Source: an uncultured bacterium (lineage in GTDB: Bacteria > Fermentibacterota > Fermentibacteria > Fermentibacterales > JCC-6). From it: 64,000 nt of DNA. Numbering within the stretch: position 1 is the first letter of the stretch; each line of letters starts with the position of its first letter. Location: assembly GCA_964426545.1 (NCBI GenBank), contig CAYRQP010000001.1:144507-208506 (forward strand), given 5' to 3'. Shown piece after piece: positions 36,829 through 46,135 of the stretch. The position numbers were made by a program, and so were the translations under genes. The notes under the pieces were generated by a model. It made no database searches, had not been told where the DNA came from, and worked only from the letters and a program-made list of their open reading frames with translations.

Positions 36829-37782
36829 ATGTTAAGCAAAGAGACCATCAGAGAACACCTCGACAAGTGCCTTACTGACACATCCTCACTGGGTCTGCCC
36901 AACGGCAGGCGCGGCAAAGTCCGTGACAGTTATGACCTCGGAGACAAAATCCTGCTTATCACGACAGACAGACAGAGTGCATTCGATAGAGTCCTTGCAT
37001 CAGTTCCCTTCAAGGGACAGGTGCTCAATCAGGTAAGTGCCTTCTGGTTCGAAGAGACAAAGGACATAGTCCCCAACCATGTCATCTCCATACCCGACCC
37101 CAATGCTACTCTCGCTAAAAAGTGTGAAGTATTCCCCGTAGAATTCATCATGCGTGGCTACCTTACCGGAAGTACAAGCACTTCAGCCTGGACGCTCTAC
37201 AATAACGGCAGCAGGAACATCTGCGGCAATGTCCTCCCCGACGGCATGGTCAAGAATCAGAGATTCCCGAAACCCATCATTACCCCTACAACCAAAAGCG
37301 ATGAACACGATGAATCCATCACCCCCGAAGGTATTGTCGATGAAGGACTGATGACTCAGGATGAATGGGACACAACTTCATATATTGCCCAAAGACTCTT
37401 TGCACGGGGAATGGAAATAGCCGCCAAAAACGGGCTAATCCTCGTCGACACGAAATATGAAATGGGTATGGACAAAGACGGGAACATCATCCTCATAGAT
37501 GAGATTCACACACCCGACTCTTCCCGCTACTGGATAGCTGACACCTACGAACGGAGATTCGGTGAAGGACTCGAACCCGAGAATATCGACAAAGAATTCC
37601 TCCGCCTTTGGTTCCGGGACAACTGCGACCCCTACAACGACGAAGTCCTCCCCGCTGCTCCCGATGACCTTGTAATCGAACTCTCGTCCCGCTACATTAA
37701 ACTCTATGAAATGATTACTGGGAAGGATTTCGTTCCGGCAAAAGATAATCCGATCGACCGACTGCGGAAGATCACTCTATAG
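36829..37782 (+). CDS. purC: Phosphoribosylaminoimidazole-succinocarboxamide (SAICAR) synthase, long form
   Basis: Conserved GKVRDSYDLGDKILLITTDRQSAFD ... LVDTKYEMG. The start is chosen at the Met preceded by GGAAG, because the listed ORF begins 26 codons earlier. Confidence 0.85.
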   Translation: MLSKETIREHLDKCLTDTSSLGLPNGRRGKVRDSYDLGDKILLITTDRQSAFDRVLASVPFKGQVLNQVSAFWFEETKDIVPNHVISIPDPNATLAKKCEVFPVEFIMRGYLTGSTSTSAWTLYNNGSRNICGNVLPDGMVKNQRFPKPIITPTTKSDEHDESITPEGIVDEGLMTQDEWDTTSYIAQRLFARGMEIAAKNGLILVDTKYEMGMDKDGNIILIDEIHTPDSSRYWIADTYERRFGEGLEPENIDKEFLRLWFRDNCDPYNDEVLPAAPDDLVIELSSRYIKLYEMITGKDFVPAKDNPIDRLRKITL

Positions 37783-37853
37783 AGCCTTTTAATTCTGGTA
37801 ACAGTATACTTAATTGCCATAAGACCGGTAGTTAAGTATACTATCACCGGAAC

Positions 37854-40016
37854 TCAGAAAAGGCTCGGGGTGTCGTCGTCTTTTCGGCTTTTCTCTTCAT
37901 CGATTGTTGTCGATGCTCGTTCATGAGCTTGTTCAGCCTTTTCCATCGCTTCTTCGAATGATACTTTCTTCTTCGGAGTGGACTCCTCTTTCACTTTAGC
38001 CGGAGATGTTGTCTCTTTTGGAGGGGGTTCCTTTCTTTTCACCTGACTGCCGTTCTTCAATTCATTTCCCTCTTCGATTGAGGTCTCTTTGGTGCGGGGT
38101 TTCTTCTCTTCGACCTCAGTTGCCTTGAAACTGGATATCATCTTCCGTCCGCAGAGTTGAACTCCCTTTGCGCCGCTGCTTGTCACCTTGAATTCCGAGA
38201 TGAGACAGTCACCTTTCCGGGCACGCATCCGCTTCGTCCGGACGAACCAGAAGTCCAGTTGCATTTCAGGTTTGTCAGTGAGTAAGATGACTTCAGAGCC
38301 TTCGGGACTGACCCTGTATTCCTTGTCAAGTATGAAACTGTCGACTTTGAATCTCTTTATGTATGCTACTTCCGTATTCTTCTCTTTATACACGGCTGTG
38401 AAGATTGTTTCCTTGTTCAGTACATCTACGAGAAGCGGTTTCCCGGGGATGAAATACTTATCCTGCATCGGGATGACTTTGTATCTGCCGTCTTCGAGGA
38501 AGAAGACGAACCTGTCATAGTCTGAAACGCTGTATGTGAATTCACCTTTGATGGATGTTCCTATGAGGGCTGTTTCAGGGCTGTAACCGGCTTTCAGGTT
38601 GCGTATGGCAACCTCTTTTACATCTATGTCTTTGAAACTCTCTATACCTGTGAGTCTTGGGTAGTTTTTCCCATATTCGTCGAGCAGTTTTTCGAGATAT
38701 GCAATGGCATAGCCGGCGATATTCCGGAGGTCTGCACGAATCTCCTTCATACGCTTCTTGATATCACCCATTTCTGACTTGTGGGCATCTATGTCGAACT
38801 TCGAGATTCTCCTTATCTTCAATGCGAGAAGTTTATCGATGTCTTCTTCCGTAAACTCTATTTTAGTCTCTTCTATGAACGGTTTCAGGCTGTCTTTTAC
38901 AGTAGTTCTGACCTTCTCCCATGAATCACATTCCTCGATTTCGCGGTAGAGACGGTTTTCGATGAATATCTGTTCAAGTGTCAGCCAGTGATGCCTGTCC
39001 TTCAGGTCTCCGAGTTCGAGTTTCAATTCCAGTTTTAGGATTTCAACCAGCCTGCCTGTACAGAAGTGAACAAGTTCTGTTACTGTTGTCTCTACGGGAT
39101 TCTCATTTTCTATAACCACGATATTGGATGTGTGGGTTTTCTCGCAGTCCGTATGCGCATACAGCCTCTTCAGACCTTCATCGGATGAAACTCCACGGGC
39201 CAGGCGTATATTAATTTCCACCTTGTCGGTGGTGTAATCGTCTATGGACGATATCTTTATTCTGCCCTTGTGTGATGCAGATTCGATTGAGTTTATCACC
39301 GTTTCAGTTGTTGTACCCCAGGGGAGTTCACGGATGATGAGATTCTTCTGCCCGTCTTTCTCTATTCTTGCCCGATTGCCTATTTTACCCCTGCCTCTAT
39401 CGTAATCGGAGACATCTATTCTTCCGCCCTGCAGGAAATCGGGAAAAAGTTCGAAATCCTGCCCCTTGAGACACTGTATCTGTGCCTGCAGTACCTCCAC
39501 GAAATTATGCGGAAGTATTTTGGTGGACATTCCGACAGCGATGCCTTCTACTCCGAGAAGAAGAATCACCGGGAGTTTTGCAGGGAGAAGAAGTGGCTCA
39601 TTGTTCCTGCCGTCATAACTTGGGACGAAATCAGTAATCCGTTTGTTGAACATGGTCTCGCGGGCAAGTTTGGTCAGGCGGCACTCGATATATCGAGCGG
39701 CTGAAGCTTCATCTCCTGTATAGATATTGCCGAAATTTCCCTGCCGTTCGATGAAGTAACCCCTGTTTGCAAGAGTTACAAGAGCATCTCCTATACTGCG
39801 GTCTCCGTGCGGGTGGTATTTCATGCAGTGACCAATGACATTGGCTACCTTGCTGAAACGACCGTCATCCATTTCAAACAGTGACCAGAGAATTCGCCTT
39901 TGAACGGGTTTTAGTCCGTCGGCATCGTCGGGAATTGCACGTTCCTTTATCACGTAGGACGCATATTCGAGAAAGTTTCTGTCGAATATCCTGCCGAGTC
40001 CCGATTTTCCTGTCAT
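37854..40016 (-). CDS. parC: Type IIA topoisomerase subunit A (topoisomerase IV ParC-like / GyrA family) with Lys/Glu-rich C-terminal tail
   Basis: 720 aa with the active-site region around AARYIECRLT and conserved N-terminus ...LKPVQRRIL... . Follows the B subunit with a 4-nt overlap. The last roughly 90 aa are low-complexity K/E/T/P-rich. Confidence 0.8.
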   Translation of the reverse strand: MTGKSGLGRIFDRNFLEYASYVIKERAIPDDADGLKPVQRRILWSLFEMDDGRFSKVANVIGHCMKYHPHGDRSIGDALVTLANRGYFIERQGNFGNIYTGDEASAARYIECRLTKLARETMFNKRITDFVPSYDGRNNEPLLLPAKLPVILLLGVEGIAVGMSTKILPHNFVEVLQAQIQCLKGQDFELFPDFLQGGRIDVSDYDRGRGKIGNRARIEKDGQKNLIIRELPWGTTTETVINSIESASHKGRIKISSIDDYTTDKVEINIRLARGVSSDEGLKRLYAHTDCEKTHTSNIVVIENENPVETTVTELVHFCTGRLVEILKLELKLELGDLKDRHHWLTLEQIFIENRLYREIEECDSWEKVRTTVKDSLKPFIEETKIEFTEEDIDKLLALKIRRISKFDIDAHKSEMGDIKKRMKEIRADLRNIAGYAIAYLEKLLDEYGKNYPRLTGIESFKDIDVKEVAIRNLKAGYSPETALIGTSIKGEFTYSVSDYDRFVFFLEDGRYKVIPMQDKYFIPGKPLLVDVLNKETIFTAVYKEKNTEVAYIKRFKVDSFILDKEYRVSPEGSEVILLTDKPEMQLDFWFVRTKRMRARKGDCLISEFKVTSSGAKGVQLCGRKMISSFKATEVEEKKPRTKETSIEEGNELKNGSQVKRKEPPPKETTSPAKVKEESTPKKKVSFEEAMEKAEQAHERASTTIDEEKSRKDDDTPSLF

Positions 40017-41824
40017 ATCAGATTATCCATGATGTATTCTCTGCGGTCAGGTGTGTTCTTACCCATATAAAAATTCAGAAGATCGGGGATTTCCTTCAGG
40101 CGGGTGATGCGAACAGGTTCGAGACGGATGTCTTTGCCAATAAACTGGCCGAATTCACTCGGGGATATTTCACCCAGACCTTTAAACCGGGTAACTTCAG
40201 CTTTCTTGCCGATTTCTTCGATGGCTGAATCGCGTTCATCAATGGAATAGCAGTATATAGTCTTATTCTTGTTCCGTACCCTGAAGAGTGGTGTCTGTAG
40301 GATGAAGAGATGCTCGTCTAATACAAGCCCTTCGAAAAAGTGAAGAAAAAGTGTCAGCAGGAGATTGCGAATGTGCATTCCGTCGACATCCGCATCCGTT
40401 GCCAGGACAATCCTGTTGTAGCGAAGACCGTCTATGTCATTTTCGATATTCAGAGTGCGCATGATGTTATAGATTTCTTCGTTCTTATAGACTGTTGCCT
40501 GACGGTGCCCGTAGCAGTTGAGCGGTTTACCCTTGAGAGCAAAGACTGCCTGAGTATAGACATCGCGGCTCGATATGATACTGCCGGATGCACTTGCACC
40601 CTCCGTTAAAAATATTGTCGTGTCTTCTGCCCGGGGGTCATCGTCACCGTAGTGGACCTTGCAGTCTTTGAGATTGGGAATTCTGAGTGCGACTTTCTTG
40701 GCGCGTTGCTTTGCTTTTTTCTTTACACTGTTTAGTTCAGTTCTTACCTTCTGGTTGGTCTTTACCTTGTTGATGAGAATATCGGCAGCTACCGGGTTCT
40801 TGTGGAGGTACTGCTCCACTTCCCGCTTCACAATATTAACTATCCAGCTCCTGATATCATTATTACCTAGTTTTGTCTTTGTCTGGGATTCGAAGACAGG
40901 TTCCTTGAGTTTGATGGAAATTGCAGCGATTATCCCTTCGCGAACATCGGTGCCGCTGAAACTATCCCCTTTGTAGGAGCTAACTCCCTTGAGTATTCCC
41001 TCTTTGAAGGCAGAGAGATGCGTGCCGCCGCTCGAAGTGTACTGCCCGTTGGCAAAAGAAAGATAGCGTTCCCCAAACTCAATGGTATGGGTCAGGGAAA
41101 ATTCGATAGTCTTCTCCCTGTAGAACATCACAGGATATATCGCGGTGTCCTCAGCTTCATCGTAGAGAAGGTCCTTCAGCCCTTCATCGGAGATAAACTC
41201 CCTGTCATCGAGCTGTATCTTCAGCCCGGCGTTAAGGTAGGCATAATGCTGGCATCTGTTTTCAAGATACTCTCTGCGAAAAGTGTATTTCCCGAATATC
41301 TCCTCATCGGGAATGAACTCGACATAAGTTCCGTTTCGCTTTGTTGTATCTGTTGTCTTGTCGCTCTTGAGTTGCCCCTTTGAAAATACCAGTTCTCTGC
41401 ATTTGCCTTCTCTATATGCTTCTACGCGAAAATGTTCTGATAAAGCATTTACTGCTTTCGTACCGATTCCGTTAAGCCCAACGCTAAACATGAATACGTC
41501 TGTATTGTATTTCGCACCGGTGTTTATCTCGGAGACGCATTCGAAGAGTTTTCCAAGCGGGATACCCCTGCCGTAATCTCGAATCGACATTGTCCGGTCT
41601 TTCAGTTCAGCACGGATACGCTTTCCGGCACCCATGATGAACTCATCTATCGAGTTGTCCATCACTTCCTTGAAAAGGACATAAATACCGTCATCGGGAT
41701 TCAACCCGTTGCCGAGTCTGCCGATGTACATGCCTGTCCGCAAGCGGATATGATCGATTGATGAGAGTGTAGTTACCTTACTCTCATCGTAAACTTCAAC
41801 TTTTTTATTCTTTTTATTCGCCAC
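40013..41824 (-). CDS. parE: Type IIA topoisomerase subunit B (ParE/GyrB family)
   Basis: 603 aa with GHKL ATPase motifs (EVMDNSIDE; GLNGIG), the TOPRIM EGASA-like region (LTEGASASGS) and PLxGK. Confidence 0.85.
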   Translation of the reverse strand: MANKKNKKVEVYDESKVTTLSSIDHIRLRTGMYIGRLGNGLNPDDGIYVLFKEVMDNSIDEFIMGAGKRIRAELKDRTMSIRDYGRGIPLGKLFECVSEINTGAKYNTDVFMFSVGLNGIGTKAVNALSEHFRVEAYREGKCRELVFSKGQLKSDKTTDTTKRNGTYVEFIPDEEIFGKYTFRREYLENRCQHYAYLNAGLKIQLDDREFISDEGLKDLLYDEAEDTAIYPVMFYREKTIEFSLTHTIEFGERYLSFANGQYTSSGGTHLSAFKEGILKGVSSYKGDSFSGTDVREGIIAAISIKLKEPVFESQTKTKLGNNDIRSWIVNIVKREVEQYLHKNPVAADILINKVKTNQKVRTELNSVKKKAKQRAKKVALRIPNLKDCKVHYGDDDPRAEDTTIFLTEGASASGSIISSRDVYTQAVFALKGKPLNCYGHRQATVYKNEEIYNIMRTLNIENDIDGLRYNRIVLATDADVDGMHIRNLLLTLFLHFFEGLVLDEHLFILQTPLFRVRNKNKTIYCYSIDERDSAIEEIGKKAEVTRFKGLGEISPSEFGQFIGKDIRLEPVRITRLKEIPDLLNFYMGKNTPDRREYIMDNLI

Positions 41825-42002
41825 TCTGCCACCGGTTGTCAGTTCTTTAAATGTTACATCCTATATTGTGTAGTATAGTTTAGAAATAATCGAAATGCCA
41901 ACCGTAATATATAGTGGTGTCAGTCCTTTGATACTACCATATAGCGGGTTTGATTTGAATACTGCTTTAAGGATATATACGTTTTATTTGCGTTTACGTC
42001 TT

Positions 42003-43412
42003 TCACAAACGTTGGGTTCTAAGTCCGACCCCGGCATAAACCGCGAAAGGTACTGCCATTCGGAGTAAGATGTTCTGGTCGTGGAGGAGGAAGATGAGTG
42101 GGATCGCAACAGCGGCAGTGATGGCGGGTTTCCACAGACTTTTGAACAAGGGCAGCGATCCGCCCTTTCTGAGAATGACGTAATATGCCAGCGACATTAT
42201 CAGGTTTGCAGTCAAAACCACAATAGCCGAACCCTGAATTCCCATTCGCGGAACAAGCAGGAAGTTACCAGCAATGCTTAATATCAAAGCAATGGAAGTG
42301 ACAGGCACGGTGGTCTTCTGCTTCCCTGCAGCAATCACGCTTGCAACAAGATAGTTCATCCAGAATAGTGCAGGTATTGCAGCCATGAGTATTATGAAAG
42401 CGCCTGTAACTTCATCCGCATTCTGCCCCCTGGTGAAGTCTTCTCCCCAAATCAATCTCAGTATATCTGTCCCGCCTGCAAAGATGGGGATCATGACGGC
42501 ACCTGCAATCCAGGTGACTATTTCCGCAATATTGATCATCTTCTTTCTTACTTCTTCCCACCCGCTTTCGAAAGCCCTGCACAAACCGGGAAACAGAGCT
42601 CCCGGAAGAAGGCTGGGCGTAATCAGGAGAACGAATGTTTCTACAATACGATAGGATTCCTGATAGGCACCAACCGCTTCCACTCCTCTGAATTTTTCGA
42701 TAAATATATTGTCCAGTCTCTGAAATGCAACGAACAGCAATCCCATTACCCCCAGAGGCCAGCTTTCAGCTAATAGTTTCATCATGTTTCGACGGGAAAA
42801 ACCGGGGAATATCCTAATCCCGAAGTTTCGCAGGAAGATGAAACTCATCAACAACATTGAGAACGCTCTGACCGTATATGTTGCCGCTGCAGAATCGGCA
42901 CCGAGGTCGAAGTGGACCACAAGTATGACAAGAAGAAGTGATATAATACCGCCTGCTCCCCGTGACAGGGCTTCGAACAACATTTTTTCACGAGCTCTGA
43001 AAACTGCATACTGCAGTTCTGCACCGGCTTCCATTGCCGAACCGAATCCGACAAGTGCTATGATGACCATCTGCTGATGTCCGTATCCTGCCAGATATGT
43101 GACCAGCATCAAGAGAGCGTACGAAATGACCGCTGTCAGCATCCTCAGTCCGAGAGCAGTCGAATAGACTTCCTGTATATGCTGTGTATCGATGCTGAAT
43201 TTTCTGTTCGAGATGATGGAAACACCAAGGTCGACGAGAAAAATGAGTATCTGGCTGATTGCTACTGCAAATACCAGCATTCCAAACGGTGTATCATCGA
43301 GATACCTTGAAAGTATCATGAGTGATATGAGAAGAGTACCCTTACCGAAGAATTGACCTGCCAGCATCGCAATTGAGTTTTTGAGCTGTGTACGAGGTTT
43401 ATCTCTGAACAC
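42003..43412 (-). CDS. Oligosaccharide/polysaccharide flippase (Wzx/MOP superfamily)
   Basis: 469 aa with about 12-14 TM segments and a Wzx-like N-terminus (LKNSIAMLAGQFFGKGTLLISLMILSRYL). Confidence 0.75.
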   Translation of the reverse strand: MFRDKPRTQLKNSIAMLAGQFFGKGTLLISLMILSRYLDDTPFGMLVFAVAISQILIFLVDLGVSIISNRKFSIDTQHIQEVYSTALGLRMLTAVISYALLMLVTYLAGYGHQQMVIIALVGFGSAMEAGAELQYAVFRAREKMLFEALSRGAGGIISLLLVILVVHFDLGADSAAATYTVRAFSMLLMSFIFLRNFGIRIFPGFSRRNMMKLLAESWPLGVMGLLFVAFQRLDNIFIEKFRGVEAVGAYQESYRIVETFVLLITPSLLPGALFPGLCRAFESGWEEVRKKMINIAEIVTWIAGAVMIPIFAGGTDILRLIWGEDFTRGQNADEVTGAFIILMAAIPALFWMNYLVASVIAAGKQKTTVPVTSIALILSIAGNFLLVPRMGIQGSAIVVLTANLIMSLAYYVILRKGGSLPLFKSLWKPAITAAVAIPLIFLLHDQNILLRMAVPFAVYAGVGLRTQRL

Positions 43413-43426
43413 TCTTCAAACTCTCA

Positions 43427-44989
43427 TCATATCAGCTTAACCTGAAACACGGAAAATGCTCCTGAACTGTTCTGCAGTTCTAATTTTCTCATCAGGCAGT
43501 GTGTCAAAAGTACTCCGACCAGGTCATTATCAGCCATGATGTCGCTGCTTCCGAGGATATGTCTATTCTGATCACCAATTATTCTTCCGTAATTCCGGGC
43601 TTCTAATGGGTCATTGGCTATCAAGATAAAACCGTCGCGGTTATTTTCAGTTATCTCGTTAAACAGGGAATCGGTATCTACTGTAAGATATTCAAGGGCA
43701 TCATCAATATCCGTGTAGAATATCGTTTCGCTGTTAATGAGAGTCTCATGGGGGTGATAAACAACCAAATCGGCTCCTCCTACCTCCCGGATATGGTACA
43801 TCACTCCAAGCGTCGAATAGAGGTCGATGTCAATTACTATCGGAATGTCATTCTCATTTGAAGCAGTTACCGCAATATCTGCGGCTTCCCTGAAATCCCT
43901 GTCGAATGTGCATCTCTGCGGGACTGTCGGGCGGAGCACGAGCGGAATGTTCATCAGTAAAAGCAATGCAGGTGTGAGATATACTGCAGGATTCCACTTT
44001 TCTCTTATCTTCTGCAGTCCGTATCCAGCAAGTACCATGAAAGCGGGGAATGCAAGTGCGAAATGCCGGGCACTGGGACGAAGCAGACAAAGCGGAAGAA
44101 GTGTCCAGAACAGAATGGAAAGCGCAATCTTATCCTTATGGCGCATACCAGATAAAACCATAAAGAGTATCCAGAGCGTACAGATTACACCCGGAATCAA
44201 CCAGAGACCAACTGCTCTTATCTCGAAAAGTCCGAAGTTGAATACCGCCGTGCCTGATGAAAATCGGAGTAATGTCCCCCCCAGCGAGAAAGGAATGCCA
44301 AGTATACGCGAACTCATGGATGCAGAAGATAAGTATGCGTTGGACCCGGAAACTACTGTACTCCCGAAAACTCCCCACTGCTGCAAAGCTCTCGAAAGCC
44401 ACGGAAGATAGAGTATTACCGGAACGAATAATGTGATTCCGGCTTCTTTCCACTTCCTGTCTGCGAGCATCACAGTCAATGCGGCAGGTAATCCCAGCCA
44501 GCCGAAATGATGTACCCAGGTTCCGGCTGAAACAGCCAAACCTGTCAGTACTGCTGTCCTGACACCCGGATTCCGCAGATATTCTCTCAATGCGACATAC
44601 AGAAGAAGTCCGCATAAAGCAAGCAATCCGTACATTCGAATCTCGAGTGCTAAATGCATTAGGAAAGGACTGAATGCCAGAATCAGTGTGCTTTCGAATT
44701 TCAGATACTTTGCAGCAAAAGACAGTAACAACAGTACAATAAATAAAGACGAAAGACGGAGGGACAGCAGCGAAGTGCCGAAGAGCTTGACCCATATGCT
44801 CAGAAAGGCATACCACCCCGGAACATGGTTATCGGCACCTATACTTGAAACAACGGTACTCCATGTGCCTGATGCAAGTTCAACTGAAAGTGCTTCATCA
44901 CCTGTAACACTCTTCTGCCATGAAAACAAGAATATCAGGATTACAGGAAGCAGAAGAAGGAGAACTTTCGGACTGTGTGAATTCTCCAA
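43427..44989 (-). CDS. GT-C fold membrane glycosyltransferase (GT39/GT83 ArnT-like) with C-terminal soluble domain
   Basis: 520 aa. The first loop carries a DE motif (VTGDEALSVE) followed by WYAFLSIWVKLFG, with multiple TM segments and then a roughly 170-aa non-membrane C-terminus. Confidence 0.6.
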   Translation of the reverse strand: MENSHSPKVLLLLLPVILIFLFSWQKSVTGDEALSVELASGTWSTVVSSIGADNHVPGWYAFLSIWVKLFGTSLLSLRLSSLFIVLLLLSFAAKYLKFESTLILAFSPFLMHLALEIRMYGLLALCGLLLYVALREYLRNPGVRTAVLTGLAVSAGTWVHHFGWLGLPAALTVMLADRKWKEAGITLFVPVILYLPWLSRALQQWGVFGSTVVSGSNAYLSSASMSSRILGIPFSLGGTLLRFSSGTAVFNFGLFEIRAVGLWLIPGVICTLWILFMVLSGMRHKDKIALSILFWTLLPLCLLRPSARHFALAFPAFMVLAGYGLQKIREKWNPAVYLTPALLLLMNIPLVLRPTVPQRCTFDRDFREAADIAVTASNENDIPIVIDIDLYSTLGVMYHIREVGGADLVVYHPHETLINSETIFYTDIDDALEYLTVDTDSLFNEITENNRDGFILIANDPLEARNYGRIIGDQNRHILGSSDIMADNDLVGVLLTHCLMRKLELQNSSGAFSVFQVKLI

Positions 44990-45014
44990 AAGTCTCCTTC
45001 TCTGAATTTATCCG

Positions 45015-46073
45015 TTATGGAAGCAGTCTGCGTACCGCCATGGCTATATTGCGGACAAAGTTGTTTCTTCCCTTGAAGTTGAAGACGGACTTCTTCTCAA
45101 TTCCATCGAGAATGGAGCGGTCACAGTCCATTCCGGCAAGGAACTCATCGAATCCTTCAGGGGCTTCCTTCGGCTCGCGTTCGTCCACGATTTTCAGGGC
45201 TTCTTCACGGGAAATAACTCCCGCCCTTACCATGTTGGCATACAGATACTCATATTTGCCGAACCCGGTTCGAGACTTGAAGAGGAAACTGGAGTGCGGA
45301 GTCCCGAGACAGTCGTAGCGGACATCTGCCATCGATTTACCGAAATCCAGCTCTCTGTTCAGGGTTTCATATATTTTCGGAAGGTTCCAGTGAATGAAAT
45401 CCGGCATGTTTATCTGTTTCACTCCGAACATCCGCTTCCAGGACGGGAAGAAATAATCCCATTTCATCTCTTTAAGTGAAATTTCATCTTTCATCATGTT
45501 CTTGAAGCAGACCCTGTCCATGTAGGATGTTTCAGGCGGTGGAGCTTCGAGTTCATCCGCGAATCCGGCGACAATGAGACGGATTCCCTCCTTGTCGGCC
45601 GCACGGAAGATTGCCGTGGGCATCAGGACAACACAGGCTGCACAGAACTCACCGGTTGTTTCCAGTGCCCGTTTATACACTCTGTTCAGGAGTTCGGTAT
45701 CCGGATCGTAGGTTATCATGTCCACGCCAAGGCGGGCAGCTGCTTTCTTGGCGAATAAGAATGCATTGGGATCTGCAAAGCCGTTATTGAAATTATATGC
45801 AAGACAGCGCATTCCGTACTTTTCTTTGAGAAGCCAGAGGGTGTATGTGCTGTCCTTGCCCCCGCTGAACGGAACCATGCAGTCGTATTTCAACCCCTTG
45901 CCGCGGTAGCGGTCCAGTATTTTCGAGAGTTCCTTCTCGCGGGTATCCCAGTCGATATTACCGTACTTCTCAGGGTACTCCCGACACACGCGACAGACAC
46001 CGTTTTCGTCAAAATCCACATTGGGATAGCATTCAGGTAGGATGCACCTGGTGCACCTTCTTACATCATCCAT
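45015..46073 (-). CDS. N-acetyl sugar amidotransferase (PP-loop ATPase, WbpG/LPS-biosynthesis type)
   Basis: 352 aa with an N-terminal Cys cluster (CTRCILPECYPNVDFDENGVCRVC) and PP-loop SGGKDS. Confidence 0.8.
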   Translation of the reverse strand: MDDVRRCTRCILPECYPNVDFDENGVCRVCREYPEKYGNIDWDTREKELSKILDRYRGKGLKYDCMVPFSGGKDSTYTLWLLKEKYGMRCLAYNFNNGFADPNAFLFAKKAAARLGVDMITYDPDTELLNRVYKRALETTGEFCAACVVLMPTAIFRAADKEGIRLIVAGFADELEAPPPETSYMDRVCFKNMMKDEISLKEMKWDYFFPSWKRMFGVKQINMPDFIHWNLPKIYETLNRELDFGKSMADVRYDCLGTPHSSFLFKSRTGFGKYEYLYANMVRAGVISREEALKIVDEREPKEAPEGFDEFLAGMDCDRSILDGIEKKSVFNFKGRNNFVRNIAMAVRRLLP

Positions 46074-46135
46074 TTATTCTCCTTCGGTTTGTATTTCCTA
46101 CCGAACTGATATATAATTAATTCTCGGTGAAAATG

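Noticed and set aside
41825-42002. Possible small RNA in the 178-bp AT-rich region upstream of parE
   Set aside because: It has no stable stem-loop with a U-tract and no conserved motif I could recognise. It is more simply the promoter/5' UTR of the parE-parC operon and the 3' flank of the flippase gene.
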